Numbered from the stretch's first letter, positions 46,183 through 58,035 are shown. The stretch is 64,000 bases of DNA from Bacteroidia bacterium (GCA_965222995.1 OZ244977.1:384152-448151); one strand, 5' to 3'. Notes: a model not told the origin generated them from the sequence alone. Numbers and translations are program-made.

Positions 46183-47604
46183 ATGGATAATCTAAATAAA
46201 GATAGCATAAAAGACTGGGGGGCTATCAATCCAGGGAAACTTTTGGAAGCCATTCACAAAGTATCGTCAGATGTTATTTACTTATTTGATTTAGAGACCC
46301 AAAGTAACATATATATTAGCAAGGGTATTGGAGATGCTTTAGGGTATAGCCCTAAAGAAATAAAAAAAATGGGTTCAAATCTACTCACTACTATTTTACA
46401 TCCTGATGATTTGGCAAGGGTACCCGAAGACCAAAAGATTTTAGAACAACTGAAAGACGGTGAAATTTATTATTCAAAAAGTAGGTTTAAAAAAGCAGAT
46501 GGAGGTTTGTTATATCTAAAATCAAGGCAAATGGTTTACTCTAGAGATGAGAAAGGGAAAGCCAAAATTATTTTAGGAGTAACACATGATATTACTGAGT
46601 TAGAGGAAAAGCAAATACGTTTGCAAGAGGTGGCGGTGATTGCTGAGAAAACCACTAATGCAATAATGATCACCAATGCTAATGATGAGATAGAGTGGGT
46701 GAATACTGGTTATGAGCAGCTTACAGGATACTCATTAGAAGAAGTAAAAGGAAAAAAACCAAATATATTTAAAAATATAAGCGAAGAAAATAATGCCACT
46801 ATAAATGAAATGCGGGAAAGTTTTGCCAAAGGCAATACTTATAGTGGAGAGTTAAAGAGCTATACAAAAAATGGAGAAGAGTTTTGGGTACGAGTAATTG
46901 CGGACCCTTTGGCAAATGAAAACGGAGTAGGTTTACGCTATATATTTATAGCACAAAATATAACTGAACTTAAAAGTAAAGAAGGTCGTTTGCTACAATC
47001 TTATGAACGATTGAAAAAGTATGCCTTTTTCACCTCGCATCAATTACGTTCACCAGTGGCAGATATACTCTCGATTTTAGATGTATACGATTATAATAAC
47101 CCTTCTAATCCTGATAATATAAAACTATTAAACGATTTGAAAACAGTGTCTTTGAAATTAGATAATACCGTGCACGAGCTTAATGAATTGTTATCGGTAG
47201 ATACAGCTAAGTTTTCCGATGACCAAAAAGCTCCTCAAAGCCTACAAAATATAATGTTGGTTGATGATGACAAAGTATTTATAAATATTACCAGCATTAT
47301 ATTAAAACGCTTTAATGAGGCGCTAGCCATAGAAAGTTATACCAATCCTATGCAGGCGTTAGAAGAATTGAAGAAAGACAGCAATCATCCTGATGCTATT
47401 TTCTTGGATATTAATATGCCTGATATTGACGGATGGAAGTTTTTAGAAAATATGGAAGAAATGGGTATAAGTACTAATGTATATATGCTTACTTCATCCA
47501 TAGATCCTTCAGATATGGAGAAATCAAAAACTTTTTCAAGTGTAAAAGGATATTTTACTAAACCCTTGACTAAGAAAGTATTAACAGATCACTTTTTCAA
47601 TTAG
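46183..47604 (+). CDS. PAS-PAS-HisKA-receiver protein lacking a HATPase domain
   Basis: Two PAS domains, SHQLRSP H-box, then directly LVDDD...LDINMP..DG...TSS...KP receiver. Confidence 0.85.
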   Translation: MDNLNKDSIKDWGAINPGKLLEAIHKVSSDVIYLFDLETQSNIYISKGIGDALGYSPKEIKKMGSNLLTTILHPDDLARVPEDQKILEQLKDGEIYYSKSRFKKADGGLLYLKSRQMVYSRDEKGKAKIILGVTHDITELEEKQIRLQEVAVIAEKTTNAIMITNANDEIEWVNTGYEQLTGYSLEEVKGKKPNIFKNISEENNATINEMRESFAKGNTYSGELKSYTKNGEEFWVRVIADPLANENGVGLRYIFIAQNITELKSKEGRLLQSYERLKKYAFFTSHQLRSPVADILSILDVYDYNNPSNPDNIKLLNDLKTVSLKLDNTVHELNELLSVDTAKFSDDQKAPQSLQNIMLVDDDKVFINITSIILKRFNEALAIESYTNPMQALEELKKDSNHPDAIFLDINMPDIDGWKFLENMEEMGISTNVYMLTSSIDPSDMEKSKTFSSVKGYFTKPLTKKVLTDHFFN

Positions 47605-47689
47605 TAGTGCTCATCTGCTAATAAATTAAACTTCATTCTTGCTCCTACCCCTCATTTTTATTAAATTTTTGAACAATTTTTTGTTCAAA

Positions 47690-48094
47690 ATGTCAACAAA
47701 AGAACATAAATACGATTTACCGATTTTGAGAGGTATATCAGCAGGGTTTCCATCTCCTGCCAGAGATTATTTGGAAGAAAGTATTAACCTGAATAATGAA
47801 TTAATACAAAACCCAAACTGGACTTTTTTAGGAGAAATTGAGGGGAATTCTATGCAAGACGCAGGTATATCCAATGGGGATGTTGTAGTGGTAGATAAAT
47901 CTTTGGATGCACGGAATGGAAGTATAGCCATTTGTAGTATTGATGGCGGATTAACTATAAAACGGTTGCACATGCATAATGATGAGTTATATCTTGTTTC
48001 AGCCAACGCTAAGTATAAACCTATAAAAATTACTGATGCCAGTAATTTCAGTATTTGGGGGGTAGTAACACATACCATTAAAAAAATGATATAG
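47690..48094 (+). CDS. umuD: Translesion polymerase V subunit UmuD (S24 peptidase)
   Basis: SAGFPSPA.DY, GNSM, T.KRL, IWGVVT. Confidence 0.92.
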   Translation: MSTKEHKYDLPILRGISAGFPSPARDYLEESINLNNELIQNPNWTFLGEIEGNSMQDAGISNGDVVVVDKSLDARNGSIAICSIDGGLTIKRLHMHNDELYLVSANAKYKPIKITDASNFSIWGVVTHTIKKMI

Positions 48095-49387
48095 ATGATT
48101 GCATTGGTAGACTGTAATAACTTTTATGCTTCTTGCGAAAGGGTGTTCCGTCCTGATTTAAGGGATAAACCTGTAGTAGTCCTTTCTAATAACGATGGAT
48201 GTGTAATTGCTCGTAGTTCAGAAGCTAAGGAATTAGGAATACCTATGGCAGAACCCGCATATAAAATAAGAGAAATAGTTGAAAGGGGAGAAGTAGCGGT
48301 TTTTTCTTCAAACTATACTTTGTATGGTGACATGTCAAACCGAATTATGAATACACTCTCATTATTTACACCTGATATTGAAGTATATTCTATTGATGAA
48401 TCTTTTTTAAATCTATACGGGCTAGAATACAAAGATATGAGGGCGTATGGGTTGCAAATGATAAATACGGTGGGTAAAAGTACAGGAATGCCTATTAGTG
48501 TGGGTATTGGGGCTACCAAAACCTTGGCCAAGGTAGCCAATCGCTTAGCAAAGAAAAACCCACATAGCAAAGGTGTTTGGGTAATACCCAATGACACATC
48601 AGAGTTGATGGAAACATTGAAACAAGTACCTATACAAAGTATTTGGGGAATAGGGCACAACTATGGAAAGTTTTTAAAAAACAGCAAAGTAGAAACAGGG
48701 TATGATTTTGTGCAAAAACCGCTTAGTTGGGTGCAAAAAAATATGAAAGTAGTGGGACTACGAACTTGGAAGGAATTACAAGGCGAACCTTGTATAGATA
48801 TGGAAGATGAATTAGTTGAGAAAAAAGCTATATGTACATCTCGCAGCTTTGGAAGGTTACTAAACGAAAGGGAATTGCTTGAAGAAGCCATAACCTATTT
48901 TGCTACTACATGTGCTGCTAAACTTAGGGCACAGCATAGTTGTGCCGCTGCAATGAAGGTGTTTGCATATACAAACCCTTTGCGTAGAGACCAACCCCAA
49001 TATAAAGCACGGGTATGGTATACTTTTCATACGCCTACTAATAACACAGTTGAAATGGTTAAGCAAGCCATTAACAATTTTAGGGCGGTGTACAAACAAA
49101 GGGATAGACACGGAACGCCTATATATTATAAAAATGGTGGGGTAATAGTGGCAGGTATAGTTCCACAAAATCAGGTACAGGGAAATATATTTAATGCTCC
49201 AAGTGACAGCAAACAAATGGAGTTGATGAAAGCTATTGATAAACTAAACAGCCATTTAGGAAAAACAGCTGTTACCATTGGTTCTCAAGGAAACATTACT
49301 GAAAAACAAGATTGGATGTTGCGTTGTGCCCATCGCTCGCCAAAGTTTACTACCCGATTGAAAGAAATAGTTAAGATTAAAGCCTAA
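48095..49387 (+). CDS. umuC: Y-family DNA polymerase UmuC
   Basis: [29 protein letters not shown]....SP.FTT. Confidence 0.95.
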   Translation: MIALVDCNNFYASCERVFRPDLRDKPVVVLSNNDGCVIARSSEAKELGIPMAEPAYKIREIVERGEVAVFSSNYTLYGDMSNRIMNTLSLFTPDIEVYSIDESFLNLYGLEYKDMRAYGLQMINTVGKSTGMPISVGIGATKTLAKVANRLAKKNPHSKGVWVIPNDTSELMETLKQVPIQSIWGIGHNYGKFLKNSKVETGYDFVQKPLSWVQKNMKVVGLRTWKELQGEPCIDMEDELVEKKAICTSRSFGRLLNERELLEEAITYFATTCAAKLRAQHSCAAAMKVFAYTNPLRRDQPQYKARVWYTFHTPTNNTVEMVKQAINNFRAVYKQRDRHGTPIYYKNGGVIVAGIVPQNQVQGNIFNAPSDSKQMELMKAIDKLNSHLGKTAVTIGSQGNITEKQDWMLRCAHRSPKFTTRLKEIVKIKA

Positions 49388-49956
49388 GTGCTTAGTCCAT
49401 TTTCAATATAATCCATAAACGAGTGGATTACCTTTATATGGATTTCTTGGGCACGGTCTGCATATTTGCTGTGTGGTGCGCGTATTTCCACATCAACTAA
49501 ACTTGCCATCGCACCGCCGTTTTTACCGGTAAGCCCCACTACTTTCATTCCTTTTTTGTGAGCAGCATCAATAGCATTTAATACGTTTTTTGAGTTACCG
49601 CTGGTACTAATGGCTAGCAAAATATCGCCTTTGTTACCAACTGCCTGTACATAGCGAGAAAAAACGTGTTCATATCCGTAATCATTACTTACGCACGATA
49701 TATGTGAGGGGTCGCTAATAGAAATAGCCGCAATAGGTTCTCGGTTATCTTTAAAACGCCCTGTAAGCTCCTCGGCAAAATGCATGGCATCACACATACT
49801 GCCGCCATTGCCACAAGAAATTATCTTCTTTCCCGCCTTTAAAGCCTTAACCATCTCCTCACCGCCGGCAACAATATTTTTTATATTATCATCGTCGCTC
49901 AAGAAATTTTGCAACACTTGATGAGCCTCTAAAAAATTCTTACGAATTATCTCCAT
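49384..49956 (-). CDS. gmhA: D-sedoheptulose-7-phosphate isomerase
   Basis: CGNGGS..DA.HFAEEL.GR, NDYG, STSGNS, QEIH. Confidence 0.95.
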   Translation of the reverse strand: MEIIRKNFLEAHQVLQNFLSDDDNIKNIVAGGEEMVKALKAGKKIISCGNGGSMCDAMHFAEELTGRFKDNREPIAAISISDPSHISCVSNDYGYEHVFSRYVQAVGNKGDILLAISTSGNSKNVLNAIDAAHKKGMKVVGLTGKNGGAMASLVDVEIRAPHSKYADRAQEIHIKVIHSFMDYIENGLST

Positions 49957-52136
49957 TATTTTTTATCGGCTTTTATGCCATGTCTTTTATTAAACAGTTC
50001 TTTTGCTCCATCTAAAAACTTAATAAATTCAGCTACATCGTAATCAGCCTGACGAGGTTCTGCCAATAGCTCTTCGTTATTATCTAATAAACAATAGTTG
50101 GGTTGTGCATTACTACCAAAATAACAAACTTGTATATCAGCATTTACACGCCCTATTGTTTTCTTCACCTTACCATCAGCTTTAGAGGTTACCCAATCGC
50201 TTTCAGGTAACTCGGTTCTATCATCTACATATAAGGCAACAACCACAAAATCCTCTTCTAGTCTTTTTAGTACTCCTGGGTCAGCCCAAACCTGTTCTTC
50301 CATTTTTCTACAGTTTACACAACCATGTCCTGTAAAATCTATAAATAATGGTTTTTTCTGGTCTATAGCGCATTGCATGGCTTGCTTATAATCGAAATAG
50401 CCTTTCAAGCCGTGAGGTAAATGCAGCTTCTCACCGTACTTAGGTTTTTCGCATAAAGTACCTTTACCCTCACCACGAATCATGGCAGGAATATTGAAAT
50501 CATGCGAGGTAGTTGGCGGTAGATAACCCGCTAAACCGGGCAAAGAAGCTCCCCACATACCGGGAACTAAGTATACTACAAAGCTAAATGTGATGATGGA
50601 TAAAAATAAGCGGGGAACACTTAAATAAGGTACATCACTATCGTGGGCAAACTTTAATTTCCCTAATAAGTATACACCCATTAAGGCAAAAATTACTATC
50701 CAAAGTGCTATATAAACCTCACGGTCTAGAATACCCCAGTGATAAGTTTGGTCGGCTACACTTAAAAACTTTAACCCGAAAGCTAACTCTACAAAACCTA
50801 AAACTACTTTTACACTATTAAGCCAACCACCTGATTTTGGTAAACCTTCTAACCATTTAGGAAAAATAGCAAATAAGGTAAAAGGTAATGCAAAGGCTAA
50901 TGAAAAGCCTAGCATACCCACTATGGGTCTTTGTACGCTACCTTGTGAAGCTTCAACCAATATACTACCCACTATGGGACCTGTACATGAAAAAGAAACC
51001 AGTACTAGCGTAAATGCCATAAAAAATACTCCAACTAGCCCTCCTCTATCGCTTTGCTTGTCTACTTTATTTACAAAGCTGCTGGGTAGTGTAATTTCAA
51101 ACAAGCCAAAGAAAGACATGGCGAAGATTACAAATACTAAAAAGAAAATAATATTTACAATAGCGTTAGTAGAGAACTCATTGGCTCCTTGTGCCCCAAA
51201 AAGTAAAGAGAATATGGTACCTATTATGGTATAAATAATAATAATAAAGGCACCGTATAAAAATGCGTTTCTTAATCCTTTTGCTTTGCCTCCACTTCCT
51301 TTTAAAAAGAAAGTAACCGTCATAGGTATCATGGGGAATACGCATGGAGTTAACAATGCCACCAACCCTGAAAGAAATGCTACGATAAAGAATAACCATA
51401 AGTTGTCATCTTCCTCCTTTGTCTCTACTATTCCGTCTTCACCTGCAAATTTTTTCACTTGGCAATCCCCACCCTCTAATATAGAGGTACTATGGTATGC
51501 TCCTGTATCTTTTTTTTCAGCTTCAGCTTGTGCTTTTGCAATGGAGTCTGCTTTAGCTAAACTATCTTCAGTTGTAATAACATCAGGTTGAGCATTTTCC
51601 GGTGTATCAACAACTTCTGTGGTTTTCGGTTCAACAGTAGTAGTACCACCACCTATGGTTTTAATGGTGGTTTGTAAATCTACCTCAAATTGTACACATT
51701 GCTCATCGCACATTTGGTAGTACAGGTTAACCTTTACTGTTGGGTTTGCCGAAAGTACCTTTAGCTTATGTCTAAACTCTGCCTTATGCTTAAAAAAAGT
51801 AACATCACCCTCCCATACATCATCGTATTCCTTTATTTGACCAATGGGTTTGGGTAAAGGGCTTAGTAATTTATAAGCGGTACTTTTTTCATAGGTAAAC
51901 TCAGCTTTTTGTGGGCCTTCTGTGGGGAAGTCATTAGAATATAAGTGCCACTTATCAGGTATATCGTTAGTTTTAAAAATCAGTTCAACCTCATCACCAA
52001 TTTTTACATTTTGTTTGGATACGGTAAGTTTCCAGGTAACCGGCTTTATTAGCTTTTGCTGTCCAAAAGATGAAAATGGCGAAACTAAGACTACAACTAG
52101 TATAAGCAGTAGTTTTCCTACAATACTCTTCTTCAT
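49956..52136 (-). CDS. dsbD: Thiol:disulfide interchange protein DsbD
   Basis: N-domain [17 protein letters not shown] and SCTGP, C-terminal thioredoxin GCVNCRKME. Confidence 0.93.
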   Translation of the reverse strand: MKKSIVGKLLLILVVVLVSPFSSFGQQKLIKPVTWKLTVSKQNVKIGDEVELIFKTNDIPDKWHLYSNDFPTEGPQKAEFTYEKSTAYKLLSPLPKPIGQIKEYDDVWEGDVTFFKHKAEFRHKLKVLSANPTVKVNLYYQMCDEQCVQFEVDLQTTIKTIGGGTTTVEPKTTEVVDTPENAQPDVITTEDSLAKADSIAKAQAEAEKKDTGAYHSTSILEGGDCQVKKFAGEDGIVETKEEDDNLWLFFIVAFLSGLVALLTPCVFPMIPMTVTFFLKGSGGKAKGLRNAFLYGAFIIIIYTIIGTIFSLLFGAQGANEFSTNAIVNIIFFLVFVIFAMSFFGLFEITLPSSFVNKVDKQSDRGGLVGVFFMAFTLVLVSFSCTGPIVGSILVEASQGSVQRPIVGMLGFSLAFALPFTLFAIFPKWLEGLPKSGGWLNSVKVVLGFVELAFGLKFLSVADQTYHWGILDREVYIALWIVIFALMGVYLLGKLKFAHDSDVPYLSVPRLFLSIITFSFVVYLVPGMWGASLPGLAGYLPPTTSHDFNIPAMIRGEGKGTLCEKPKYGEKLHLPHGLKGYFDYKQAMQCAIDQKKPLFIDFTGHGCVNCRKMEEQVWADPGVLKRLEEDFVVVALYVDDRTELPESDWVTSKADGKVKKTIGRVNADIQVCYFGSNAQPNYCLLDNNEELLAEPRQADYDVAEFIKFLDGAKELFNKRHGIKADKK

Positions 52137-52359
52137 ATATATGGGAACAAATTTAATCTAAATAGTGAACCTAAAAAGGCTTTTAAAAATGTGATATTCT
52201 CGTTTTTCATTCCAAAATCCAAACCAAACTGTATATAGTGCTACGTTTTTACTTTTTTGTCCAGTAGGCTATTAAGTGTTAATAAGTGAACAACTCCCAT
52301 TATTTAAGGTAAAAGCACTAAGATAATTTTGAGTTGATTTTACGTTATACAGGTATAAT

Positions 52360-54126
52360 ATGCATAAAAGAATAGTACTTTTATTTTTACTTTGTGAAGT
52401 AGTATTGGCGGGCTTTAGCCAAAAAAAGAAGACTACTGTACATGAGTATATTGAAACTTATCAGGAGTTGGCTGTGAGTGAAATGGAACGTACAGGAATA
52501 CCTGCAAGTATCACTTTAGCACAAGGAATTTTAGAATCAGCCAACGGAAATAGTAGGTTGTCTACTAAAGGAAATAACCATTTTGGGATTAAGTGTAAGA
52601 AAAACTGGACGGGTAATACTATTTATGCCGATGATGATGAACTAAATGAGTGTTTCAGGGCCTATAAATCAGCAAAAGATTCGTATATAGACCATTCTTC
52701 TTTCTTAATGGAGAATAGGCGTTACGCTTTTTTATTTGATTTGAAGCCTGATGATTATAAAGGTTGGGCAAGGGGATTAAAAAAAGCAGGATATGCTACC
52801 AACCCCAAATATGCAGATATACTGATTGTTTTGATTGAGCGACATGAACTGAACAAACTGGATAAGAAGGAGCGAATTAAGAAGAAGAAAAAAAAGAAAA
52901 AAGAAATTCCTGCATCTCGTCCCGACCCAATCTTAAAGAAAAAAGGAGAGCTATTTAAGTTTAACGGAATCCCGGCTACTATGGTAATGGAAGGGCAATC
53001 TGCAGTTTCTATTTCCACTACTTTTGGATTACGTCCAAAACAATTTTACCGCTATAATGATTTGAAAGCAGGTAGCGATGTTGTGCCCGGTAGTATAGTT
53101 TATCTTAAGCCTAAGCGTCGAAAAGCAAAAGAAGCTTACCATATTGTAACAGCAGGGCAAACTATGTATGCCATTTCACAGCAATTCGGCATAAAACTTA
53201 AACACCTTTACAAAAAGAACAGGATGAAACCCGGGCAAGAGCCGGCAATAGGGCAAACCATTTATTTAAGAAGAAAACGCCGTAGAGCACCTGAGCTAAG
53301 AGACCCATCAAAAGAAACTAAGGTAGCCGTCCCTACTGCTGATGCGGTAAAGAAAGAACCCTATAGTGAAAAACCGATGGTTACCATAGTACCGGGCGAA
53401 GGTGAAAATTATGAGGTTCCCAAAAAGGAGAATAAAACTGAACCTGTTGATTTAATTGAAGTAGATCCAAAATCGGAGTATAAAGTAGAGAAACCTAAAA
53501 AAGAAGAGAAAAAGAAAGAACCAAAGGATGTTTTTGTAGAAAAAGATGGAGATGAGAAATATAATGTTGAAATAGAAAATAAAAACAAAGAAACCAACTA
53601 CAACAAAATGCAGTTGGATGATGTACAGTACCATGAAGTGAAAAAAGGAGAAACACTATTTGCCATAAGTAGAAAATATGGTAAAAGCGTACAGCAAATA
53701 AAGGAGCTTAACGATTTGAAGAACTACAACCTAAGTGTAGGACAAAAACTTATTATAAACCAAAACTTTAAAGAGAAGCAACCCGATACGGAAAACACTA
53801 ACTTTTACCACGAAGTACAAAAAGGGGAGAGTTTATACAAAATAGCTAAACTGTATAATATGAGTGTCGATGCGTTGAAAAAACTAAATAGCATAAGCAG
53901 TGATGCGTTAAACATCGGGCAAAAGCTTTTAGTATCAAAAGCAGCGAAAACAACACAAAATAACACTGAAAAAGTAACCACAAATGTGGTTTACCATACT
54001 GTAGAAAAAGGAGATACTTTATACAGCATTAGCCGCAAATACAACGTGAAAGTTGCCGCTATAAAAGAATTGAATAAACTTAGTGATAACACACTAAGTA
54101 TTGGGCAAAAACTAAGAGTTAAATAA
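52360..54126 (+). CDS. GH73 glucosaminidase with multiple LysM domains
   Basis: GIPASITLAQGILES, NNHFGIKC, GYATNP.YA, and at least four LysM repeats. Confidence 0.93.
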   Translation: MHKRIVLLFLLCEVVLAGFSQKKKTTVHEYIETYQELAVSEMERTGIPASITLAQGILESANGNSRLSTKGNNHFGIKCKKNWTGNTIYADDDELNECFRAYKSAKDSYIDHSSFLMENRRYAFLFDLKPDDYKGWARGLKKAGYATNPKYADILIVLIERHELNKLDKKERIKKKKKKKKEIPASRPDPILKKKGELFKFNGIPATMVMEGQSAVSISTTFGLRPKQFYRYNDLKAGSDVVPGSIVYLKPKRRKAKEAYHIVTAGQTMYAISQQFGIKLKHLYKKNRMKPGQEPAIGQTIYLRRKRRRAPELRDPSKETKVAVPTADAVKKEPYSEKPMVTIVPGEGENYEVPKKENKTEPVDLIEVDPKSEYKVEKPKKEEKKKEPKDVFVEKDGDEKYNVEIENKNKETNYNKMQLDDVQYHEVKKGETLFAISRKYGKSVQQIKELNDLKNYNLSVGQKLIINQNFKEKQPDTENTNFYHEVQKGESLYKIAKLYNMSVDALKKLNSISSDALNIGQKLLVSKAAKTTQNNTEKVTTNVVYHTVEKGDTLYSISRKYNVKVAAIKELNKLSDNTLSIGQKLRVK

Positions 54127-54193
54127 CCGTTTCAAAGCTATACTCTCTTAATTCTAAACTATTTAGTACATTTGAGAGATAACACGCTTTCAA

Positions 54194-55036
54194 ATGAAAA
54201 ACTCTTATTTTCTATTTCTGCTATCCATACTATTTATATCAGTAAGTTCTTGTAAAAAAGAAACTATTGTTGCTTCAAAAGACACTACAGAAACACCACT
54301 GAAATGTACCGAGAAACAACCTTTTGCAGTTGTTGAACTGTTTACCTCACAAGGGTGTAGCAGTTGCCCCCCTGCTGAGGAAATGATTAATGAAATGGTG
54401 AAAACCGAAACAAGAAATGTTTTGTATATAGAAAACCATGTTGATTATTGGAATGGACCACTTGCCGGGCCGTGTGGGGTAAGTGCATGGAAAGACCCTT
54501 ATAGCAGCAAGTTTTATACTGATAGGCAAAGAAGCTTAATTAAAATATTTGGCACACAAGGTTTAATTACACCATGGTTCCAAATATCAACTCAATATGC
54601 CACATATACAGGTAATGGGGCAAATACTAAACGTATAGCTTTATCAAAAGCTGCTGTCATAGCTAAAAGAGATGAAGTATTATCACACCCTGCAAGTGCA
54701 GGAATTGTTTTGAAGCTAAAATCTATTGATGAAGCAAATAAAAGACTAAAAGTTGAGTTTGCTACTTTGGATGCTGACCCTAACCATAGTATTGAGTTTA
54801 TTTTATTGGAGAGTAAAATATCTACCAAAATAACATCGGGCGAAAACTGTAACTTAACTTTAGAAAGTAGTCATATAGCCAGAACTTGGGTGTCAGAGCA
54901 AGTTGCTGAACATGGGTTTGTAGAAATAGCAATACCGGATGATGCCAAGCTTGAACACTGCGAAGTAGCAGCCTTTATTAAAAACCCTGCTGACCAAACT
55001 GTTTCAGGAGCTACAAAAGGCTTTAAAGTAAAATAA
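54194..55036 (+). CDS. DUF1223 thioredoxin-like lipoprotein
   Basis: Lipobox SSC, VVELFTSQGCSSCPPA, HVDYWN, W.DPYS. Confidence 0.88.
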   Translation: MKNSYFLFLLSILFISVSSCKKETIVASKDTTETPLKCTEKQPFAVVELFTSQGCSSCPPAEEMINEMVKTETRNVLYIENHVDYWNGPLAGPCGVSAWKDPYSSKFYTDRQRSLIKIFGTQGLITPWFQISTQYATYTGNGANTKRIALSKAAVIAKRDEVLSHPASAGIVLKLKSIDEANKRLKVEFATLDADPNHSIEFILLESKISTKITSGENCNLTLESSHIARTWVSEQVAEHGFVEIAIPDDAKLEHCEVAAFIKNPADQTVSGATKGFKVK

Positions 55037-55716
55037 TGCAAAAGAGGCTTCTTATAGCAATTACTCTTTTAGCGTTCGCCACAACTGTAAAAGCTCAATT
55101 ACTTGAGTTTTCTAAAGGGGATACCATTTTATCTTCAAAACAATACCCTACATTATTTGCTACCACTTATTTGACTACAAAGTCTGCTTATGTGATACCG
55201 CAATGGAAGGTGAAAAAGACCAATTTACCCTCTAGTTGGGAGGTGGTAAGCCTTTGTGATAATGTACTATGTTACTTTGCTCCTATACCCACAGAAAGTA
55301 CGATGGATACCATCAAAAAAACGGATGGTACTACTGAAAATAAATTGGAGTTTACTTTAGATATTAAAGGCGACTATGATTCTATTGGGGTGATTGAATT
55401 AGAGGTTACCATACCTGATAGTAATTACACTAAAACATTATACTACGTTTTTAGTAGTTATAGCCTAAGCATTAATGAAGTACTGAATGATAACCCAACA
55501 GCGTGGGCTTATAAGCAAACTCTTTTCTTAAAAAATCCTACTTCAAAACCAGTGAAGTATAGTATTACCAATTATCTGGGGCAGTTAGTATTTAAAGAAA
55601 CTCTAAGAGCGGATAACTCAAAACAGATTACACTTAAATCAGGAGTTTATTTTGTTCAATTCCTATCTAAAGAAGAGAACGCTACAGAACCTCAAAAACT
55701 TCTTATTCAACCCTAA
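55036..55716 (+). CDS. Secreted protein with probable T9SS CTD
   Basis: Signal peptide, W...LCD..CY Ig-like motif, C-terminal N.LGQ.V...SGVYFV...KLLI. Confidence 0.75.
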   Translation: MQKRLLIAITLLAFATTVKAQLLEFSKGDTILSSKQYPTLFATTYLTTKSAYVIPQWKVKKTNLPSSWEVVSLCDNVLCYFAPIPTESTMDTIKKTDGTTENKLEFTLDIKGDYDSIGVIELEVTIPDSNYTKTLYYVFSSYSLSINEVLNDNPTAWAYKQTLFLKNPTSKPVKYSITNYLGQLVFKETLRADNSKQITLKSGVYFVQFLSKEENATEPQKLLIQP

Positions 55717-55769
55717 AGGCTTGTGTGGAAGTAAAGGAGGGAGAAAGGGAGGTGTTAATTAGAACTCTT

Positions 55770-56435
55770 TTACAAACCTCTATTTAAAAAGGCATCAAAA
55801 GGGGCAAGAGCTTTAAAAACATCGGTAGCGTAGTTTATAAAGTCCTTATCGGTTACAATTTTATCTGCTATGGGTTCGTGGGTAGCCAAAAAGGTTTTAA
55901 ACTTTAGTAGTTCAGCTTCTGGGTGTTCTTTATCAAAACCGCGAGGGACGTTTTTCAGTTTTTCACCTTTAATCTCTCCAAAGTACTTTATGAAGTCTTT
56001 GTTGTTAATGATTTTCTTTAAGTCAGCTGCGTTATAGTCAATCTCTTGGCGAATGGCTGTTATCCAAGGGGTAGGAGGTAAATAGGCTCCTCCTGCCAAA
56101 ACTGATTTACCTGGCTCTATGCGTACATAATATCCGGCTCTATCATGTTCGTTTTTTCTTCCTCCTCCGCCAATAATATGTCCGCCAATATAAGTTTGGT
56201 AAGGTGTTTTATCCTTAGAAAAACGTACATCTCTATAAATACGAAATACACTTTTTTTAGCCTCAACATCTTTTACGCTTGGGTCGAATTTGCTAATGTT
56301 AGTTATCAAGCCGTCCATTAACTCTATAAACTCAGCCTTACCTGCTTCATAGCGTTTTTTATTATCAGCAAACCACTCTTTGTTATTGTTTGCTGCCAGC
56401 TCTTTAAGAAATTTTATAGTCTCTTTACTTATCAT
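55770..56435 (-). CDS. DUF2461 family protein
   Basis: FL..LA.NNNKEWF..NK..YE, FRIYRDVRFSKDKTPY. Confidence 0.92.
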   Translation of the reverse strand: MISKETIKFLKELAANNNKEWFADNKKRYEAGKAEFIELMDGLITNISKFDPSVKDVEAKKSVFRIYRDVRFSKDKTPYQTYIGGHIIGGGGRKNEHDRAGYYVRIEPGKSVLAGGAYLPPTPWITAIRQEIDYNAADLKKIINNKDFIKYFGEIKGEKLKNVPRGFDKEHPEAELLKFKTFLATHEPIADKIVTDKDFINYATDVFKALAPFDAFLNRGL

Positions 56436-56440
56436 GGTTG

Positions 56441-56905
56441 TTAGTTTTTAGCTTCAACGTACTTTTTCAAACTCTCTAACATCTCACCACGCATTTTATT
56501 ATTCATGCGCTTCATCATAAGAGAGTTCATTAGCTTAACCATAAAGTTTTTAGGGTCGTAATGAGATGCTAGTTCTACATTAGTTTTGCCATCTTTATCA
56601 CTTAGTGAATATAGCATACCAAAATTGTTAAGCATTTTGGTAAATCCTAAAGTGTCATCGTACACTACCCAACCCAGTTTGTTATTTTCATCATACACTT
56701 CACAAACTTCATGGGTAGTTCCTTTTTTGCCATTGGCAACTACCTCACAAGAGCGTTTTGCATTAAGTGAAGATGTGGGGTTATCTACGTGTTTAATCAT
56801 ATCCACCCATTTGTGTAAACTGCTTGAGTCTGATATCGCAGCCCAAACTTTTTCTTTGGGTGCATTTATAAGTAGGCTATTGCATCCTTGTAATTTTCCT
56901 TTCAT
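56441..56905 (-). CDS. SRPBCC family protein
   Basis: INAPKEKVW..ISD, LESLKKYVE. Confidence 0.85.
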   Translation of the reverse strand: MKGKLQGCNSLLINAPKEKVWAAISDSSSLHKWVDMIKHVDNPTSSLNAKRSCEVVANGKKGTTHEVCEVYDENNKLGWVVYDDTLGFTKMLNNFGMLYSLSDKDGKTNVELASHYDPKNFMVKLMNSLMMKRMNNKMRGEMLESLKKYVEAKN

Positions 56906-56907
56906 AA

Positions 56908-57225
56908 TTATTTTAATGTTTTAGTAAACTGTAAAGCCATTTCGGCGAGAGTTTCCCAAAGGTTGCTTTCCGTTTCTTCTATTATGTACCAGCCTTTTAG
57001 TGGAGGCTTGGTTTTGAAGGGGCTTAATGGTTTTGCTGTTGTTATACCAAATTTTTCAATGTCAAAATCACCACCTAGTCTAAAGCCCATTCCTCCTTTA
57101 CCATAAAAGGCAAATACTTTATCGTTAACTTTCAATCCGGGCGAGCTCATCATTTTTCCTAGTATTACACCATCGTCTTGTGAGGTGAATTTTTCAGCTA
57201 TTTGGTTAAAAAGGATTTCACTCAT
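56908..57225 (-). CDS. TfoX-N/YjbR-like small protein
   Basis: KMMSSPGLKVNDKVFAF...MGFRL...KGW. Confidence 0.6.
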   Translation of the reverse strand: MSEILFNQIAEKFTSQDDGVILGKMMSSPGLKVNDKVFAFYGKGGMGFRLGGDFDIEKFGITTAKPLSPFKTKPPLKGWYIIEETESNLWETLAEMALQFTKTLK

Positions 57226-57227
57226 GG

Positions 57228-57611
57228 TTACAGGTTTTTCAATTCTTCTTTTAGTTTTTTGGATAGTGATTGCACTACAATATCATAAGCATGGTCTATA
57301 AGTTCGTATACCAGTTTATCGTTTACCGTACCATCCATATATACCGAGTTCCAATGTGTTTTGCTTTGGTGCCAACCTCCTTTAATAGAAGGGTATTGTT
57401 CTCGTAGTTCAATAGCACGTTCAGGGTCACATTTTAAGTTGATGAAATGAAACAGAGGAACTATTTCTTTGCCCATTTTCAAATCGTCGGTATTGGTTAG
57501 GCTAAACATTTTACCCATTACTTTTACCCAAATACTACCCGGACCCATAGGGCTTTCAATAGTAACACCCGGCTTAGCTTGGCAGTAGTTTATGTATTCT
57601 TCTAAAGTCAT
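57228..57611 (-). CDS. MmcQ/YjbR family DNA-binding protein
   Basis: KVMGKMF, NLKCDPE.A..LR..Y..I..G.H..K.HWN. Confidence 0.9.
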   Translation of the reverse strand: MTLEEYINYCQAKPGVTIESPMGPGSIWVKVMGKMFSLTNTDDLKMGKEIVPLFHFINLKCDPERAIELREQYPSIKGGWHQSKTHWNSVYMDGTVNDKLVYELIDHAYDIVVQSLSKKLKEELKNL

Positions 57612-57616
57612 TTTTT

Positions 57617-57643
57617 AAAAAAGGGAGGACAAATGTCCTCCCT
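57617..57643 (-). terminator. Intrinsic terminator after the VOC gene
   Basis: AGGGAGGACA / TGTCCTCCCT stem followed by a U-tract on the minus strand. Confidence 0.8.
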
Positions 57644-57669
57644 AATGATTTGCAAACACTAAGGGGTGC

Positions 57670-58035
57670 TTATCCCATTGAGTGAAAAGCTACACGGTTA
57701 CCTTCACTATCCATAAACATAGCTATGTTACCGTTTTCACCAATATTGGTTTTAGGCATAATTACTTTACCACCTGCAGCTTCAACACGACCTAAAGGCG
57801 TGTTTAAATCATCTCCACCGTTAAGGTAGATTAATGAACCGTCTGCCTGTGGAGTACTTCCGTTTCCTGCTACAATACAGCCGCCAACACCTTGTTGGTC
57901 TGATGGAAAGAAAGCCATTTGCGAGCCATTCATTTCCATTTCTTGTAATTCAGCATTAAGTACTTTGCCGTAAAACTCTTTTGCACGTGCGAAATTGTTT
58001 GCAGGTAATTCGAACCAGTTGATTGCGTTAGCCAT
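57670..58035 (-). CDS. VOC/bleomycin-resistance-like protein
   Basis: NWFELPA....RA..FY..VL, AGGKV..PK..I...G..A.F.DSEGN. Confidence 0.92.
   Translation of the reverse strand: MANAINWFELPANNFARAKEFYGKVLNAELQEMEMNGSQMAFFPSDQQGVGGCIVAGNGSTPQADGSLIYLNGGDDLNTPLGRVEAAGGKVIMPKTNIGENGNIAMFMDSEGNRVAFHSMG

Noticed and set aside
47690-49387. umuDC as ICE/prophage cargo or with an SOS box
   Set aside because: The neighbours are chromosomal genes and I could not see a convincing operator palindrome upstream.
52864-52905. Poly-Lys / A-rich tract in the GH73 gene
   Set aside because: It is an in-frame low-complexity linker with mixed AAG/AAA codons.
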